Assembly: GCA_965237675.1 (NCBI GenBank)
Contig: OZ250150.1
Location: 1,632,001-1,696,000 of the forward strand
Length of the DNA stretch: 64,000 nucleotides
Origin: Candidatus Latescibacterota bacterium
GTDB lineage: Bacteria; Latescibacterota; UBA2968; GCA-2709665
Direction of reading: 5' to 3'
Shown: in pieces, positions 38,328 through 48,107 of the stretch
Position numbering within the stretch: the stretch's first letter is position 1
Layout: the number at the start of each line of letters is the position of its first letter
Made by a program: the position numbers and the translations under genes
The notes under the pieces: model-generated
Told to the model about the DNA's origin: nothing
Databases searched by the model: none
The model's input: only the letters and a program-made list of their open reading frames with translations

Positions 38328-39460
38328 GTATTTAGATCCAGCCCCAGAATCCTCGCGGTGGTCCCGCCCATAATCATCCTCAGGTCGTCCTCGCTCAATG
38401 AATCGCAATACTTCTCAATCCAATTCCTCGACTGCCGGTACGTACAGAAACGATTCTGAAACGGCATATCCGTGCCCCAGTTCAGGTGATCGGCGCCCAC
38501 GTGTTCCACCATGGACTCCAGTACCGGCCGCACCTCCCGGTATGGAAAGTCGAACCCATCACCAATTCGCACGGGGAAGCAGACCTCCAGATTACAGTTC
38601 GGACTTTCAAACGGCAGCCAGATCTCCCGGGGCATGGGCAGAAACGCTCCGTCCTCGACGAACGCGCGCCACGGGAATCCGTGCGTTAAATTCACGACCG
38701 CATCGGGATATCGTTCCATCCAGCGTATCAACACCTTTTGCTCGTCCAGATACCCCTGGCGGGCGCCCTTCGGCGTCATCCGCCGCGTGACGTCCCCCGG
38801 ACCGGAACCCAGCGTAAAGAAAATGGGCACGCCCAAAGAGGTCGCCGCATCCCAGAACGGACGGCAGGATGCCGCATCCCACGGCTCCGTCGTGCCGAAA
38901 TAGGCCGGCCGGGCGTTGAACTTGATGGCGTGGAGCCCATGTTCCTGAATGCCTGTCTGGAGTTCCTGAATCACGGCATCCGTCTCGGACCGGATGCGCC
39001 ACTCGTCCACGGGCGCCATGGATCGGAGCCGGTCCGGGTACTGTCGCACGCAATCGGCCAGGAATTCACTGTTGCGGGTCAACATCGGATTCGTGTGGAT
39101 GAGCGCCATGTCGACGTCCGCGTAATCCATCTCAGCGATCAGGCTGTGTGGCGTATACTCCAGGTTCGTCAGATTGGGCGGATAAAACTGCTTGGTATAG
39201 TCCTCCCCGTCGATGGTCCAGAGTACCCGCCCTTTCAGTTTATCCACTCGAAAGTTCACATCGGGCAGTTTCCACAGGAACTCGTAATCCGGCGGGATCA
39301 ATCCGTCCGAAGTCGCCGGCGCCCGATCTCTCACGCGCCAGGCCGGCTGCTGGTGCAGGCCCTGAGCCTCCTGGATCCAACTCAAATGCGCATTGCTGGT
39401 TTCGAAACCGGCCGGCGCATCTCCAGGCTCAAAACAATACGCGTGGGAATCGATAATCAT
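38324..39460 (-). CDS. Amidohydrolase_2 family protein
   Basis: MIIDSHAY, WGTDMPFQNR, IMGGTTARI; GGGAGG RBS at the MITE end. Confidence 0.85.
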   Translation of the reverse strand: MIIDSHAYCFEPGDAPAGFETSNAHLSWIQEAQGLHQQPAWRVRDRAPATSDGLIPPDYEFLWKLPDVNFRVDKLKGRVLWTIDGEDYTKQFYPPNLTNLEYTPHSLIAEMDYADVDMALIHTNPMLTRNSEFLADCVRQYPDRLRSMAPVDEWRIRSETDAVIQELQTGIQEHGLHAIKFNARPAYFGTTEPWDAASCRPFWDAATSLGVPIFFTLGSGPGDVTRRMTPKGARQGYLDEQKVLIRWMERYPDAVVNLTHGFPWRAFVEDGAFLPMPREIWLPFESPNCNLEVCFPVRIGDGFDFPYREVRPVLESMVEHVGADHLNWGTDMPFQNRFCTYRQSRNWIEKYCDSLSEDDLRMIMGGTTARILGLDLNT

Positions 39461-39472
39461 TGCACACCTCCC

Positions 39473-39687
39473 GGTGTTCTGCTCCGGAAATATGTCACCA
39501 TTCTTCCGCCTGTCTGTGTGCAGGTCTTCCGCACAGGCAGGCCGGTTCATACCGTCTCCCTGCGTTGCTTGCGCTGAGCTTGTCGAAGTGCCTTCACTCG
39601 CCGACCTTGGGCAGGTCGCAGGTGCCTTGCGAGCCGGGCGACTCGTCGGCCGAATTTCGGCAATCTATTCCCGGGACAGAACAATAG
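39473..39687 (-). mobile_element. Full-length MITE with two single hairpin insertions
   Basis: Reverse complement CTATTGTTCTGTCCCGGGAATAGATTGCCG...GGCA[CTTCGACAAGCTCAGCGCAAGCA]ACGCAG...CGGC[CTGCCTGTG...CAGACAGGC]GGAAGAATGGTGACATATTTCCGGAGCAGAACAC. Confidence 0.82.
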
Positions 39688-40488
39688 CTATGCCGCGACC
39701 TGTTCGGGCATCAATGCGCTCTCTCCGAAGATCATCGAGAATGATGATTTGCGACTGGAGCGGGTTCGTGCGTCAATATAACACGCGCTGAACGCCCGCC
39801 TGGCGATATCCATCCGGTTCACCCCGGACCGGTGCAGCAGCCAGTTGTGCAGAATCACGACCTCCCCCGGATCCATTGTCAGGTCCGCGATCCTTTCTTC
39901 GGGGCACAAGTCCCGTTCCTGTTTGCCCGTAATGGTATGTCCATGCCCGCTCAGAATCCCCAACTGATGCGAACCCGGCACCACCTGCACGCATCCATTC
40001 TCCGGTTTGGCCGGGTCCAGCGCCGTCCAGATCGTCACCAGCGGATCCCGATCCACATGCCACGAACCCCCGCCGTCCTGATGCCAGGGCAGATCGGAAC
40101 CCTGATGTGCCGGTTTGTTCATGAACATTGCCCGAAAACAGGCGATCGATGCGTGGGCTCCGTAGATATACGCGCAGATTTCCCTGAAAACAGGCTTCTT
40201 CATATAGGATAAAAATAAGGGATCGAACTCCAGCCCCTGGATCTTGCGATAGCCCAGACTCGCCCCCTGATGGCCGATTCCACCGCCCTTCACGTCGTCA
40301 TACCGGTCGGTGTTCGGATCCAACTGCATCGTCAGCCGGTCATAATCCAGCGGCGCCCGACCCAGCATGATCTCGTCGATTCGCCGCTGCAACCCCGCCA
40401 GTTCCCCCTCGCTGCACTGCCTGCCGATTTTCAGAAACCCGTTCCGGTGGTAGTCACTCCATTGGTCCTGCGAAATCATACGCTTCAT
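39688..40488 (-). CDS. Phytanoyl-CoA dioxygenase (PhyH) family Fe(II)/2OG oxygenase
   Basis: KPAHQGSDLPWHQD, WTALD...ENGC..VVPGSH, LLHRSG.N...RR. Confidence 0.92.
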   Translation of the reverse strand: MKRMISQDQWSDYHRNGFLKIGRQCSEGELAGLQRRIDEIMLGRAPLDYDRLTMQLDPNTDRYDDVKGGGIGHQGASLGYRKIQGLEFDPLFLSYMKKPVFREICAYIYGAHASIACFRAMFMNKPAHQGSDLPWHQDGGGSWHVDRDPLVTIWTALDPAKPENGCVQVVPGSHQLGILSGHGHTITGKQERDLCPEERIADLTMDPGEVVILHNWLLHRSGVNRMDIARRAFSACYIDARTRSSRKSSFSMIFGESALMPEQVAA

Positions 40489-40556
40489 AGGGTTTCCTCC
40501 GGTGTAGATTGTAAACGAAAAGTGGGTGCCAAGGCGGTCAGCTCCGTACGTCTTCG

Positions 40557-42131
40557 TCACGGCGCAGATACCAACCGGTCCCGTACAACCTGCTTCTGGA
40601 TTTTACCCACCGACGTTCTCGGCAACGTATCCACAAATTCGATGCGTTCCGGCACCTTGAACGCCGCGAGCCGTTTCTTGCAATACGTCCGTATCGCTTC
40701 TTCGCTCAGATCGGCTTCCGGTTTCGACACGACGGCCGCAACGACGCGTTCATCCCGAATCTCGTCAGGCACGCCAATCACGCAGACATCCACGACACCT
40801 TCGCATACCTGAATCACGCCCTCTACTTCGATACTGGAGATATTTTCTCCGGCCCGCTTGATTAAATCCTTTCCACGATCCAGAAAATACAGAAACCCGT
40901 CGTCATCCGCACGCACCGTATCCCCCGAATGCAACCAGGTCCCGTCCGGATGGATTTGAAGGGTTTCGGCCGTTGCCCCGGGATTCTTCAGATAGCCCAG
41001 CATGATCGTTCGTCCCGGAATCCCCTTCACAATCACTTCGCCCGGTGTGCCCACGCCCACTTCCTCACGCTGCTCATCCACCACCTTCACTTCATATCCG
41101 GGTACCGGCTTTCCCATCGCCGGGAGGTTGCGTCTGCCCGTCAAAGGACTCATCACGGGGAGCCCGCACGTCTCCGTCATCCCCCACAACTGCTGCAACG
41201 GGGCCTTGTACCGCCGCCGCCACGTCTCGTACTGCGCGGTGGTGAGATTCTGGGCGAACGTGACGTTCCGGATGCCGTGTGCCGCATCGGTCTTCCGCTC
41301 CGGCTGGTTCAAGAGCATCCGCAACAAGGCCCCGAACATGGCGGCCACGGTGCAGCCGTATTCGATGGCCTGTTCAAAGAACCGGCTCGCGCTGAATCGG
41401 GCCATCACCGCCACACTCGCGCCAGCAATCAGGGACGGCCACAACGCGTGGCATTGCGCCCCCGCGTGAAAGAGCGGGAGCGCAACCAGATGCCGGTCCT
41501 CCCGCCGCAACCCCGTACACCTGGCGAACACCTCCGCGCCATAGATAAAACAGGTATTGGTCAGCATCACCCCTTTGGGCCGCGACGTGGTCCCCGAAGT
41601 ATAGAGGAGTTGCACCACGCCCTCCGCAGAGCCGGCTCCATCCGGCGGTTCGACGCTCTGCCCGGACAGCGCATCTTCATACACCGGATATCCGCCGGGG
41701 ATCATCTCGCCCGTCTCGCAAACCACGGGTACGATCCTGGAATCCGCCGCAACCCGGTTCGCCACATCCAGACACCCTGCCTCCGTAAATATCGCCTTGC
41801 TCTCGGAATGTGCGACAAGGTACGCCAGTTCATCCTCGGTAGACGCCGGATTCGTGGGCATTGCCGTTGCCCCGAGGTGTGATGCGGCAAGTATCAACTG
41901 CGCGTAGGCCGGATGGTTGGACAGGTGAAGATTGAAAACGTCCCCTGCACGGATTCCCAGTTCGATCAGCAGATTGGCCGCCTGATGCACGCTTTGAAGA
42001 AACGTGGCGTACGTCCATCGCAACACGTCCCCGTCTCCCCGTTCGTACACCATCCACTCCTCATCCGGCTGTTGTTCAGCGTAACCCGCAAAATCCTGGT
42101 AGAGCGTGCGATCCCACGCAATGTCCATCAT
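40557..42131 (-). CDS. Acyl-CoA synthetase (CaiC-like)
   Basis: LYTSGTTSRPKGV, WGMTET, HSGD, DLIKRAGENISS, LPRTSVGK; ATGA-coupled to the crotonase gene. Confidence 0.9.
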   Translation of the reverse strand: MMDIAWDRTLYQDFAGYAEQQPDEEWMVYERGDGDVLRWTYATFLQSVHQAANLLIELGIRAGDVFNLHLSNHPAYAQLILAASHLGATAMPTNPASTEDELAYLVAHSESKAIFTEAGCLDVANRVAADSRIVPVVCETGEMIPGGYPVYEDALSGQSVEPPDGAGSAEGVVQLLYTSGTTSRPKGVMLTNTCFIYGAEVFARCTGLRREDRHLVALPLFHAGAQCHALWPSLIAGASVAVMARFSASRFFEQAIEYGCTVAAMFGALLRMLLNQPERKTDAAHGIRNVTFAQNLTTAQYETWRRRYKAPLQQLWGMTETCGLPVMSPLTGRRNLPAMGKPVPGYEVKVVDEQREEVGVGTPGEVIVKGIPGRTIMLGYLKNPGATAETLQIHPDGTWLHSGDTVRADDDGFLYFLDRGKDLIKRAGENISSIEVEGVIQVCEGVVDVCVIGVPDEIRDERVVAAVVSKPEADLSEEAIRTYCKKRLAAFKVPERIEFVDTLPRTSVGKIQKQVVRDRLVSAP

Positions 42132-42880
42132 CGGCCTTTTTTTCGCTCCATGAAAGCCGCCACGTTCGCGCGGGCCGCGTCGGTACCGAAACAAGCCTCG
42201 AACGCCTCCGAGGCGGCGGCATCCCACCTGGCGTCGCGAAGCGTGGATATCCGGTTCAACAGGGCCTTGGTCCGGCTCAGTGCCTCCGTCGGAAACGACG
42301 CGAGACGCAGCGCAAATGTCCTGACCCGATCCCTCAACGCGTCGTCCGCAACGCAGTCGTGCACCAGGCCGAGCCCCTTCGCCTCGCTGCCCGTCACGGT
42401 TTCGCACCCCATGGCGATCCATCTTGCGGCCGATCCGCCAACGACGTCGACCAGCCGTCCCATCCCCCACGGCGGCGTCCATCCGAGTTTCACTTCCGGC
42501 ATCCCAAGCCGCGCCGATACCGATGCGATCCGGAAGTCATGATATAGCGCCATTCCCACGCCGCCGCCGAGCACGTAACCGTGCAACATGGCGACAGTCG
42601 GCTGCGGCATCGCGTCTATGAGGGCGAATGCATTCTCATGTTCCCGTTCCACGGCCGCGGCCTCCGCGGGAGACAACGCCGCCAGATCCGTCAGATCGCT
42701 CCCCGCACAGAACGCCCGACCCGCGCCTTCGGTGACCACGACCCGCACGTCCTCCCGTTCGCGTATCCCTTCCAGGTGCGCGGCGAGTGCCCGCACACTT
42801 CCCAGATCCATCGCGTTCAACACCTCCGGCCGGTTCAGCGTCAGCCATGCGATCCCGTCTTCAACCGTGAGACCGATCAT
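42128..42880 (-). CDS. Enoyl-CoA hydratase/isomerase family protein
   Basis: LNRPEVLNA, AFCAGSDL, VLGGG, GMPEVKLG. Confidence 0.92.
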   Translation of the reverse strand: MIGLTVEDGIAWLTLNRPEVLNAMDLGSVRALAAHLEGIREREDVRVVVTEGAGRAFCAGSDLTDLAALSPAEAAAVEREHENAFALIDAMPQPTVAMLHGYVLGGGVGMALYHDFRIASVSARLGMPEVKLGWTPPWGMGRLVDVVGGSAARWIAMGCETVTGSEAKGLGLVHDCVADDALRDRVRTFALRLASFPTEALSRTKALLNRISTLRDARWDAAASEAFEACFGTDAARANVAAFMERKKGR

Positions 42881-43380
42881 TATTTCGACCTGTGTTTTTT
42901 CGGATAGTCGTACGATACCATCCGACCGATACCGGCCGATACGTGAGCCCAGGAGTCAACCGCCAGATCCACGCAGCAGACGGCGCAGGTTGGCATATGG
43001 AGCGGCGGGTCGGAAGTGAGATAGCCGGCCAACGCGGTGAAACCCGGATTGTGTCCCACCAGGATGACCTCTTCGCAAACGTCGGGAATTTCCTCCACCA
43101 CGGCGTTGAGATCCTGCAGACTCGCCTCGTAAATCGCCATTTCCTCGGCGATTTTTCCGACCGGGTATCCCACTGCCTTCGCAAGCGCGCGGGCCGTCTG
43201 CGACGCACGTCTGGCCGGGCTGGAGATGACCATGTCGGGTTTCGCCCCGTCTTTTTTCAGACGCGTACCCATAAACGGCGCGTCCCGCTTGCCACGTTTG
43301 TTCAACGGGCGCTCGAAGTCCCCCAGCCCCGGATCGCTCCAACTCGATTTTGCATGTCGAATCACATAAAGCCGTTTCAT
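42880..43380 (-). CDS. sixA: SixA-type phosphohistidine phosphatase
   Basis: RHAKSSW, DFERPLNKRG, SSPARRA, LVGHNP, MPTC. Confidence 0.88.
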   Translation of the reverse strand: MKRLYVIRHAKSSWSDPGLGDFERPLNKRGKRDAPFMGTRLKKDGAKPDMVISSPARRASQTARALAKAVGYPVGKIAEEMAIYEASLQDLNAVVEEIPDVCEEVILVGHNPGFTALAGYLTSDPPLHMPTCAVCCVDLAVDSWAHVSAGIGRMVSYDYPKKHRSK

Positions 43381-43430
43381 ACAGTTGCGCCCCCAATCGT
43401 GTCGATGAGAGCCCGCCGCGTTTACCCGTT

Positions 43431-44081
43431 TTATACCCTTCTTACCCGGCACACCGCCCGGGAACCGGCGTCACAGTACCAGAACGCCCCCTCCCACATC
43501 GTCATCCCGTGCGGTTCAGGGTAGTCTTCGGGAATCTCGATCTTTTCGCGGATAGCTCCGTCCGCCGCGTTCAACCGGTAAATTGCACGGTGGTTGGTTT
43601 CGACACACCAGAGATCCCTGCCCTCCCAGGCAATACCGTGCGGCCGTTCCCCGGGAGAGGGAAAAGAATGTACCACTTTGAAACCGCTCTGCAGATCCAC
43701 CTGATATATCGTCGCCGATGGCGGCACGGCCATCCACAGGTGGCTGTCACGGATCTCAAGGCCGTGAGCCCCGGTGACATCCGCGCCAGGGGTATCGAAC
43801 CGTTCCAGCGTTTCACCCGTCTGCCGGTCCACACACAGAATTTCCCGGTTATATGTGGACGCCAGCCACAGCGCCGGCCCCGTATCCGTAATCCCGCTCC
43901 CGCGATCCGACGCCGTATCCATTGTCTTTAATACTTCACCCGAGAAGGAAACCAGATCCGCCTGGTTCGTTTTCTGATCCAGAATCCAGATTCCGTCGGG
44001 CGTTGCCTGCATGCCATTCGGCTGCGGCCCGGGCGCGTAAAATTCGTGTGTAATTTCCACCATGCGATTGTTCCCGATCAC
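43431..44081 (-). CDS. Beta-propeller protein (glutamine cyclotransferase/Vgb-like repeats)
   Basis: Repeated P.G..WDG..LW units (PNGMQ, AHGLE, PHGIAWEG, PHGMTMWEG); ATG 44063 is an alternative start. Confidence 0.7.
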   Translation of the reverse strand: MIGNNRMVEITHEFYAPGPQPNGMQATPDGIWILDQKTNQADLVSFSGEVLKTMDTASDRGSGITDTGPALWLASTYNREILCVDRQTGETLERFDTPGADVTGAHGLEIRDSHLWMAVPPSATIYQVDLQSGFKVVHSFPSPGERPHGIAWEGRDLWCVETNHRAIYRLNAADGAIREKIEIPEDYPEPHGMTMWEGAFWYCDAGSRAVCRVRRV

Positions 44082-44251
44082 CCGTTTTCCAGTTTAAGAG
44101 GTCCTGTCCAGTCCGATTTCCCAGGCGCCCCGAGGGCTTCGCAGCGCGAGAAGTGTGAGAACGTCCTTAACCTACCCTTCGACCATTGCCCCAACGGCCA
44201 CGGCGACTGAATCGCCAGCGGAGAGGAGGACAGCATCCGCGACCTCTTCGG

Positions 44252-44911
44252 CTAGAGTTGGAGCCGGCTACGCTCCAATGCCCGTTTCACTAACTCAGTA
44301 GGAACAGACGCCTGCGAAGTCCAGAATCGGCTTGGGTGGGTCAGTTGCACCACCTGCAACCCATACCCATTTTTAAAAGTGAGGCTCTCATATCCGCGTC
44401 TGTTTTTTTCTGTAAAGGAGTCTATTGGCCCAGAATCGGCCTTCAAGAAATTTCGAACGAGGTTCCCGCATTTCCGCTTTCCCAAGCAGACAACCACCTT
44501 AACTCCCAATTTTCCTATGACTTCCTCGTGGAATGGCCAACACTTTCTTGCAAGACGCCTCATCGCTAGCGTTTGTTCGCTTTGCGATCTCAAGAAGACC
44601 AGGTTGCTTGCTGGCACTTCGCAAGGATCAAGTTCAAGATAATCGAAGAAATGGTGGCGTAGTCTCTTGTGGAAATCGTCCGCGCCTTCCCGATATCTTG
44701 ACCAATTCTCCATTTCCGGGCGGTTGAGGATACTCTCTACGTTGTCCCCGACTCGATCTTTTGCGTCTGCAGGGTCTCCCCCGGAATTTATGCCAAGCAA
44801 GTACAAATCTCTTGGCGACTCAAAGGCCTTCCTGCCGGAGTAAAACACTCGGCCTGGTTTCTCTATTAGCGATTCGGGCACCAGCGCTGCGAACTCTTCA
44901 ATTGTCGCCAT
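44252..44911 (-). CDS. Uracil-DNA glycosylase-superfamily-like protein
   Basis: LYLLGINSGG, SNLVFLRS, VVCLG, QLTHPSRF; AT-richer than its flanks. Confidence 0.6.
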   Translation of the reverse strand: MATIEEFAALVPESLIEKPGRVFYSGRKAFESPRDLYLLGINSGGDPADAKDRVGDNVESILNRPEMENWSRYREGADDFHKRLRHHFFDYLELDPCEVPASNLVFLRSQSEQTLAMRRLARKCWPFHEEVIGKLGVKVVVCLGKRKCGNLVRNFLKADSGPIDSFTEKNRRGYESLTFKNGYGLQVVQLTHPSRFWTSQASVPTELVKRALERSRLQL

Positions 44912-45023
44912 ACACCTTCCCCATCCTGATTAATTCATGATTTGTTAGCTGCTTTGTTCGCGAATCCATCATCTCCTCGCCCGCACAATGGCGTGTAGAA
45001 CCGTTGAGGAAGTAAATATGAAG

Positions 45024-45048
45024 GTGGGGTAGACATTCCTGTCTGCCC
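45024..45048 (+). repeat. GTGG-footed REP downstream of the RAYT
   Basis: GTGG-GGTAGACA-TTCC-TGTCTGCC. Confidence 0.7.
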
Positions 45049-45051
45049 TTC

Positions 45052-45681
45052 TCATCGTTCTTCTGCCGGAATGCACACACAAGAATGGCTTGCGCCGCCT
45101 TTATAGAGCCAATACTCGTGGTCGCGCAGTCCGGATTTTGTGGGGTTTTCCGCGATGTAGCGGACGAATCGCCAATACTGCTTATCGCTGCGCACAATGT
45201 GATCATAGGACTCGCCAAGCCAGAAAGTACCGGTGACGCCCATGAGTTTGTTGATTTCGCGGGCAGATGCACCTTTAATGCCCTGCAAAATCCGCGAAAG
45301 CTCATGGCCTCCGAGCGGCTCCGTAAGGAGGTGAACATGTGTGGGCATGATGACGGCTGCGTGAAGCCGGTGTCTCTCGCCGTCGAACCGCAAAGGACAG
45401 TTCTTGACAGCTTCACGGGCATCGACGCGCGCCAGGGCACGAGAACCCATGCCGGCATCGAGCCAGGATTCGATCTTTTCATCGAAACGTCTGTTGTTTT
45501 CTTTCCAATCGGCGTCAGTCCACGGTTCAGGGTGGCGCTTGAGCCACAGCTTACGCGCTTCCTGAAAGGCGCGGCGTTTGTCCGGGGGGATCGCGTCGGC
45601 GATGCGAAAGGTGATCCAATAGATAGCGCCGTCCTTTTGCCAGTGGGGGAGACGGCGGCGCGTCGCGGTGTGTCCAGACAC
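45052..45681 (-). mobile_element. REP-associated tyrosine transposase (RAYT, Y1/HUH family)
   Basis: RRRLPHW...YWITFR, VIMPTHVHLL (HUH), IKG.SA, FW.GESYDHIVR, YIAENP. Confidence 0.9.
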
Positions 45682-45712
45682 AGGATTCGGAGGTTCCGGT
45701 TTGATGTATGTG

Positions 45713-45736
45713 AGCAGACAAGAATGTCCGCTCCAC
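45713..45736 (-). repeat. GTGG-footed REP upstream of the RAYT
   Basis: Minus strand GTGG-AGCGGACA-TTCT-TGTCTGCT. Confidence 0.7.
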
Positions 45737-45788
45737 CCTTTCAGGCTCTCGTTCGATGTTTACATAACAGCCTATCAGGCTGCTCTCT

Positions 45789-45941
45789 TCACGAATCCAT
45801 CATCTCCGCCGCATCCGCCCGATCGCACATCGTCTCCCAGAGCGCCTTCAGATGCCCGGCGCGTATCCCTGCCTTCACTTCTTCCACCGAGCGCAGGCCA
45901 TCATCGATCTTCTCGGCCGTAACGAAAATATGCGGTCTCAT
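45789..45941 (-). pseudogene. 50-aa N-terminal fragment, possibly of a heparinase/DUF4962-like protein
   Basis: MRPHIFVTAEKIDDGLRSVEEVKAGIRAGHLKALWETM... ends inside a direct repeat. Confidence 0.35.
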
Positions 45942-45993
45942 CGGGACTCACTCGAGTATTGTGAAACCGGATAACGACCAATCGGCAGGTGCG

Positions 45994-46818
45994 TCACGCC
46001 ACTCTCGTCGACGCCATATTCATCAAGCCGATGATGCTGTCGGGGTGCTCGTCGCGGGTGCTGAAACCCGGTGTATCGCCGCGCTTTCTGTAACGCGCGG
46101 TACGCACGTACGGAGGCATCATCTCCGGATATCGGAAAGCCGCCCGATTCGTCTTCAGCTTTTCAATCGCCTCCAGGGCTCCCTCGCGGATCAGCGCGCG
46201 GGACCGTGCCGGCGCAAGGTTGACAGCGCTCAGCTTGGCGCGGCCGTACGCTTCGGCATCCAGATCGTCCAGACCGTCGGGAAGGAGCCCGCGCTTGACG
46301 CCCACCGTTACCACGCCCGACGTAAGCGCCTCCGCCTCCCTCGAAAACGCGTCCTCGCCCGCCGCGAAAATCGTAGGCACCCCCAGTTCCATCGCACACA
46401 ACACGAGTTGCCCGTATTCACCAATCGAAATCCCGTTGATTGCATAGTCCACGCAGGCGAAACTTCCCGTATGGGTCAGGTGCGAATAGGGTGTACCCGC
46501 CTTCGCGTGCTGTCCCACGTATGCCAGCCCCTGGTACGATCCATCCAGACTCCAGGGCCAAATCGGGTCGGCGTGGCCCCGCATCAACTGCGCGCGCTCG
46601 TCCAGAATCTCCGGATCCATCGCGCCGTGCCCGTGTCCGTCGACCACCAGGATCTCCTCGGCGCCGCCTTCGCAAAACCCGTCCACCGCGGCGTTCACCT
46701 CTTGAGTCAAGAGTCTCTTCGCTTTATCGTAATACATCGCGCCCGGCACGCACCAGTCCTCGAAATTCAAAATGCCTGCCACGCCCTCCAGATCCGTCAT
46801 AATCATCAGCTTCATCAT
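45994..46818 (-). CDS. D-aminopeptidase DppA (M55) family
   Basis: MTDLEGVAG, EVNAAVDG, VDGHG, VGQHA, LTHT, IGE.G. Confidence 0.9.
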   Translation of the reverse strand: MMKLMIMTDLEGVAGILNFEDWCVPGAMYYDKAKRLLTQEVNAAVDGFCEGGAEEILVVDGHGHGAMDPEILDERAQLMRGHADPIWPWSLDGSYQGLAYVGQHAKAGTPYSHLTHTGSFACVDYAINGISIGEYGQLVLCAMELGVPTIFAAGEDAFSREAEALTSGVVTVGVKRGLLPDGLDDLDAEAYGRAKLSAVNLAPARSRALIREGALEAIEKLKTNRAAFRYPEMMPPYVRTARYRKRGDTPGFSTRDEHPDSIIGLMNMASTRVA

Positions 46819-46831
46819 CGATCTCCTGTCA

Positions 46832-48049
46832 CTAAGTATTTATCGCAATGCGCGCTGACGCTTCGCGCCCAACCCAGAGGTCGTTAAAGCCCGTCACAGG
46901 CCCGTCGTTATTCGGCCCGCTCGCCAGGTCCAGCCCGCCGAACAGATAAACCGATTCATCCATGGCCACCATGCCCGGCACCCGCCGGACGCCGGGATAC
47001 GCCGCGGATGCCGAATAGTCTTTCGATCCGTCGTGCGCCTGGTGACAGGTCCACTTCCCGGAACTCAGGTTCAAACACCAGAGATCGTTCAGTTGCGGTC
47101 CATTCACTTCTTCCGGCATGAACGTCCCCTGCGGTCCGAACCCGCCGAAAACGTACCATCGATCTCCTATCCGGGCCGAACCCTGGCCGTAGCGGGCGGA
47201 AGGCCGGTCTCCCGCGCCGAAGTCGTTCTTCCCGAGGCAAGTCCATACGCGGGTATCCGGATCGAACCGCCAGAGATCGTTATAGAATTGCGGATCACGG
47301 TCCTGCGTGTCCCGCCCCGCCCACAGATAAATCCGATCCTTCCAGGCTATCATCGACATCACATAACGCTTCGGCGGCCAGGCCGCGCCATCCGCCGCTT
47401 CAATCCGCTCCCACGTCCCGGTACCGGTATCATAAGTCCAGAGTTGCCTGCTCAGCACCGCGGTCTCTATCGTCGGGGGAAGCGGCGCCCGGTGACCCCA
47501 TCCGCCGAACAGATGGATCTTCCTCCCGATAACGGCCGTTCCGAACCCGCCCATCGTCGTCGGACGACCGATGCCGGCGCAGTCCGTATGCTCCAGCAGT
47601 TCGCCGTCGTCGGGTTCCAACAGCGTCCAGCGTGCCTCAGAAGGATCGTACATCCACAGGTCGTTCAGCAGGGTGAACTTCCATCCCTCGCTCAGGATCG
47701 ACAAGCCGCCGAACAAATAGAACCGGTCGTCTATCTCAACCCATGCCGGTAACATACGGGCGCACGGACGATCTGCCGAGATGTCGAACCCGGCCGCACC
47801 GTCGTTCTCTTCCAGCAACGTCCATCTCTCGACCGACGGTTCGTACACCCAAAGGTCGTTCAATGCGCCGAGCGTGGACTTGTTGCCCTGTCCGGACGAC
47901 GCGCCGTATCTGAGCGTGCCGCCCCCGAACATAACTATCCGTCCTCGATAGGCCAGCATGGCCCCCGGCGCCTCCCTGGCGCAGGGCACGTCGCCATCTG
48001 TCGCCTCGACTTCAGGATGACAGAGACGCCAACGGAATGCGGAAGTCAT
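46832..48049 (-). CDS. Kelch-repeat protein
   Basis: Six (Y/V)LFGG...NDLW repeats. Confidence 0.88.
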   Translation of the reverse strand: MTSAFRWRLCHPEVEATDGDVPCAREAPGAMLAYRGRIVMFGGGTLRYGASSGQGNKSTLGALNDLWVYEPSVERWTLLEENDGAAGFDISADRPCARMLPAWVEIDDRFYLFGGLSILSEGWKFTLLNDLWMYDPSEARWTLLEPDDGELLEHTDCAGIGRPTTMGGFGTAVIGRKIHLFGGWGHRAPLPPTIETAVLSRQLWTYDTGTGTWERIEAADGAAWPPKRYVMSMIAWKDRIYLWAGRDTQDRDPQFYNDLWRFDPDTRVWTCLGKNDFGAGDRPSARYGQGSARIGDRWYVFGGFGPQGTFMPEEVNGPQLNDLWCLNLSSGKWTCHQAHDGSKDYSASAAYPGVRRVPGMVAMDESVYLFGGLDLASGPNNDGPVTGFNDLWVGREASARIAINT

Positions 48050-48107
48050 GTGATTTTCGCGCCGCCTTACCCGGTTTCCACGCGTATCCGCTTCGCTTGT
48101 CGCCGAT

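Noticed and set aside
45085-46887. 600-aa plus-strand ORF
   Set aside because: Antisense shadow of the RAYT and DppA genes with no motifs.
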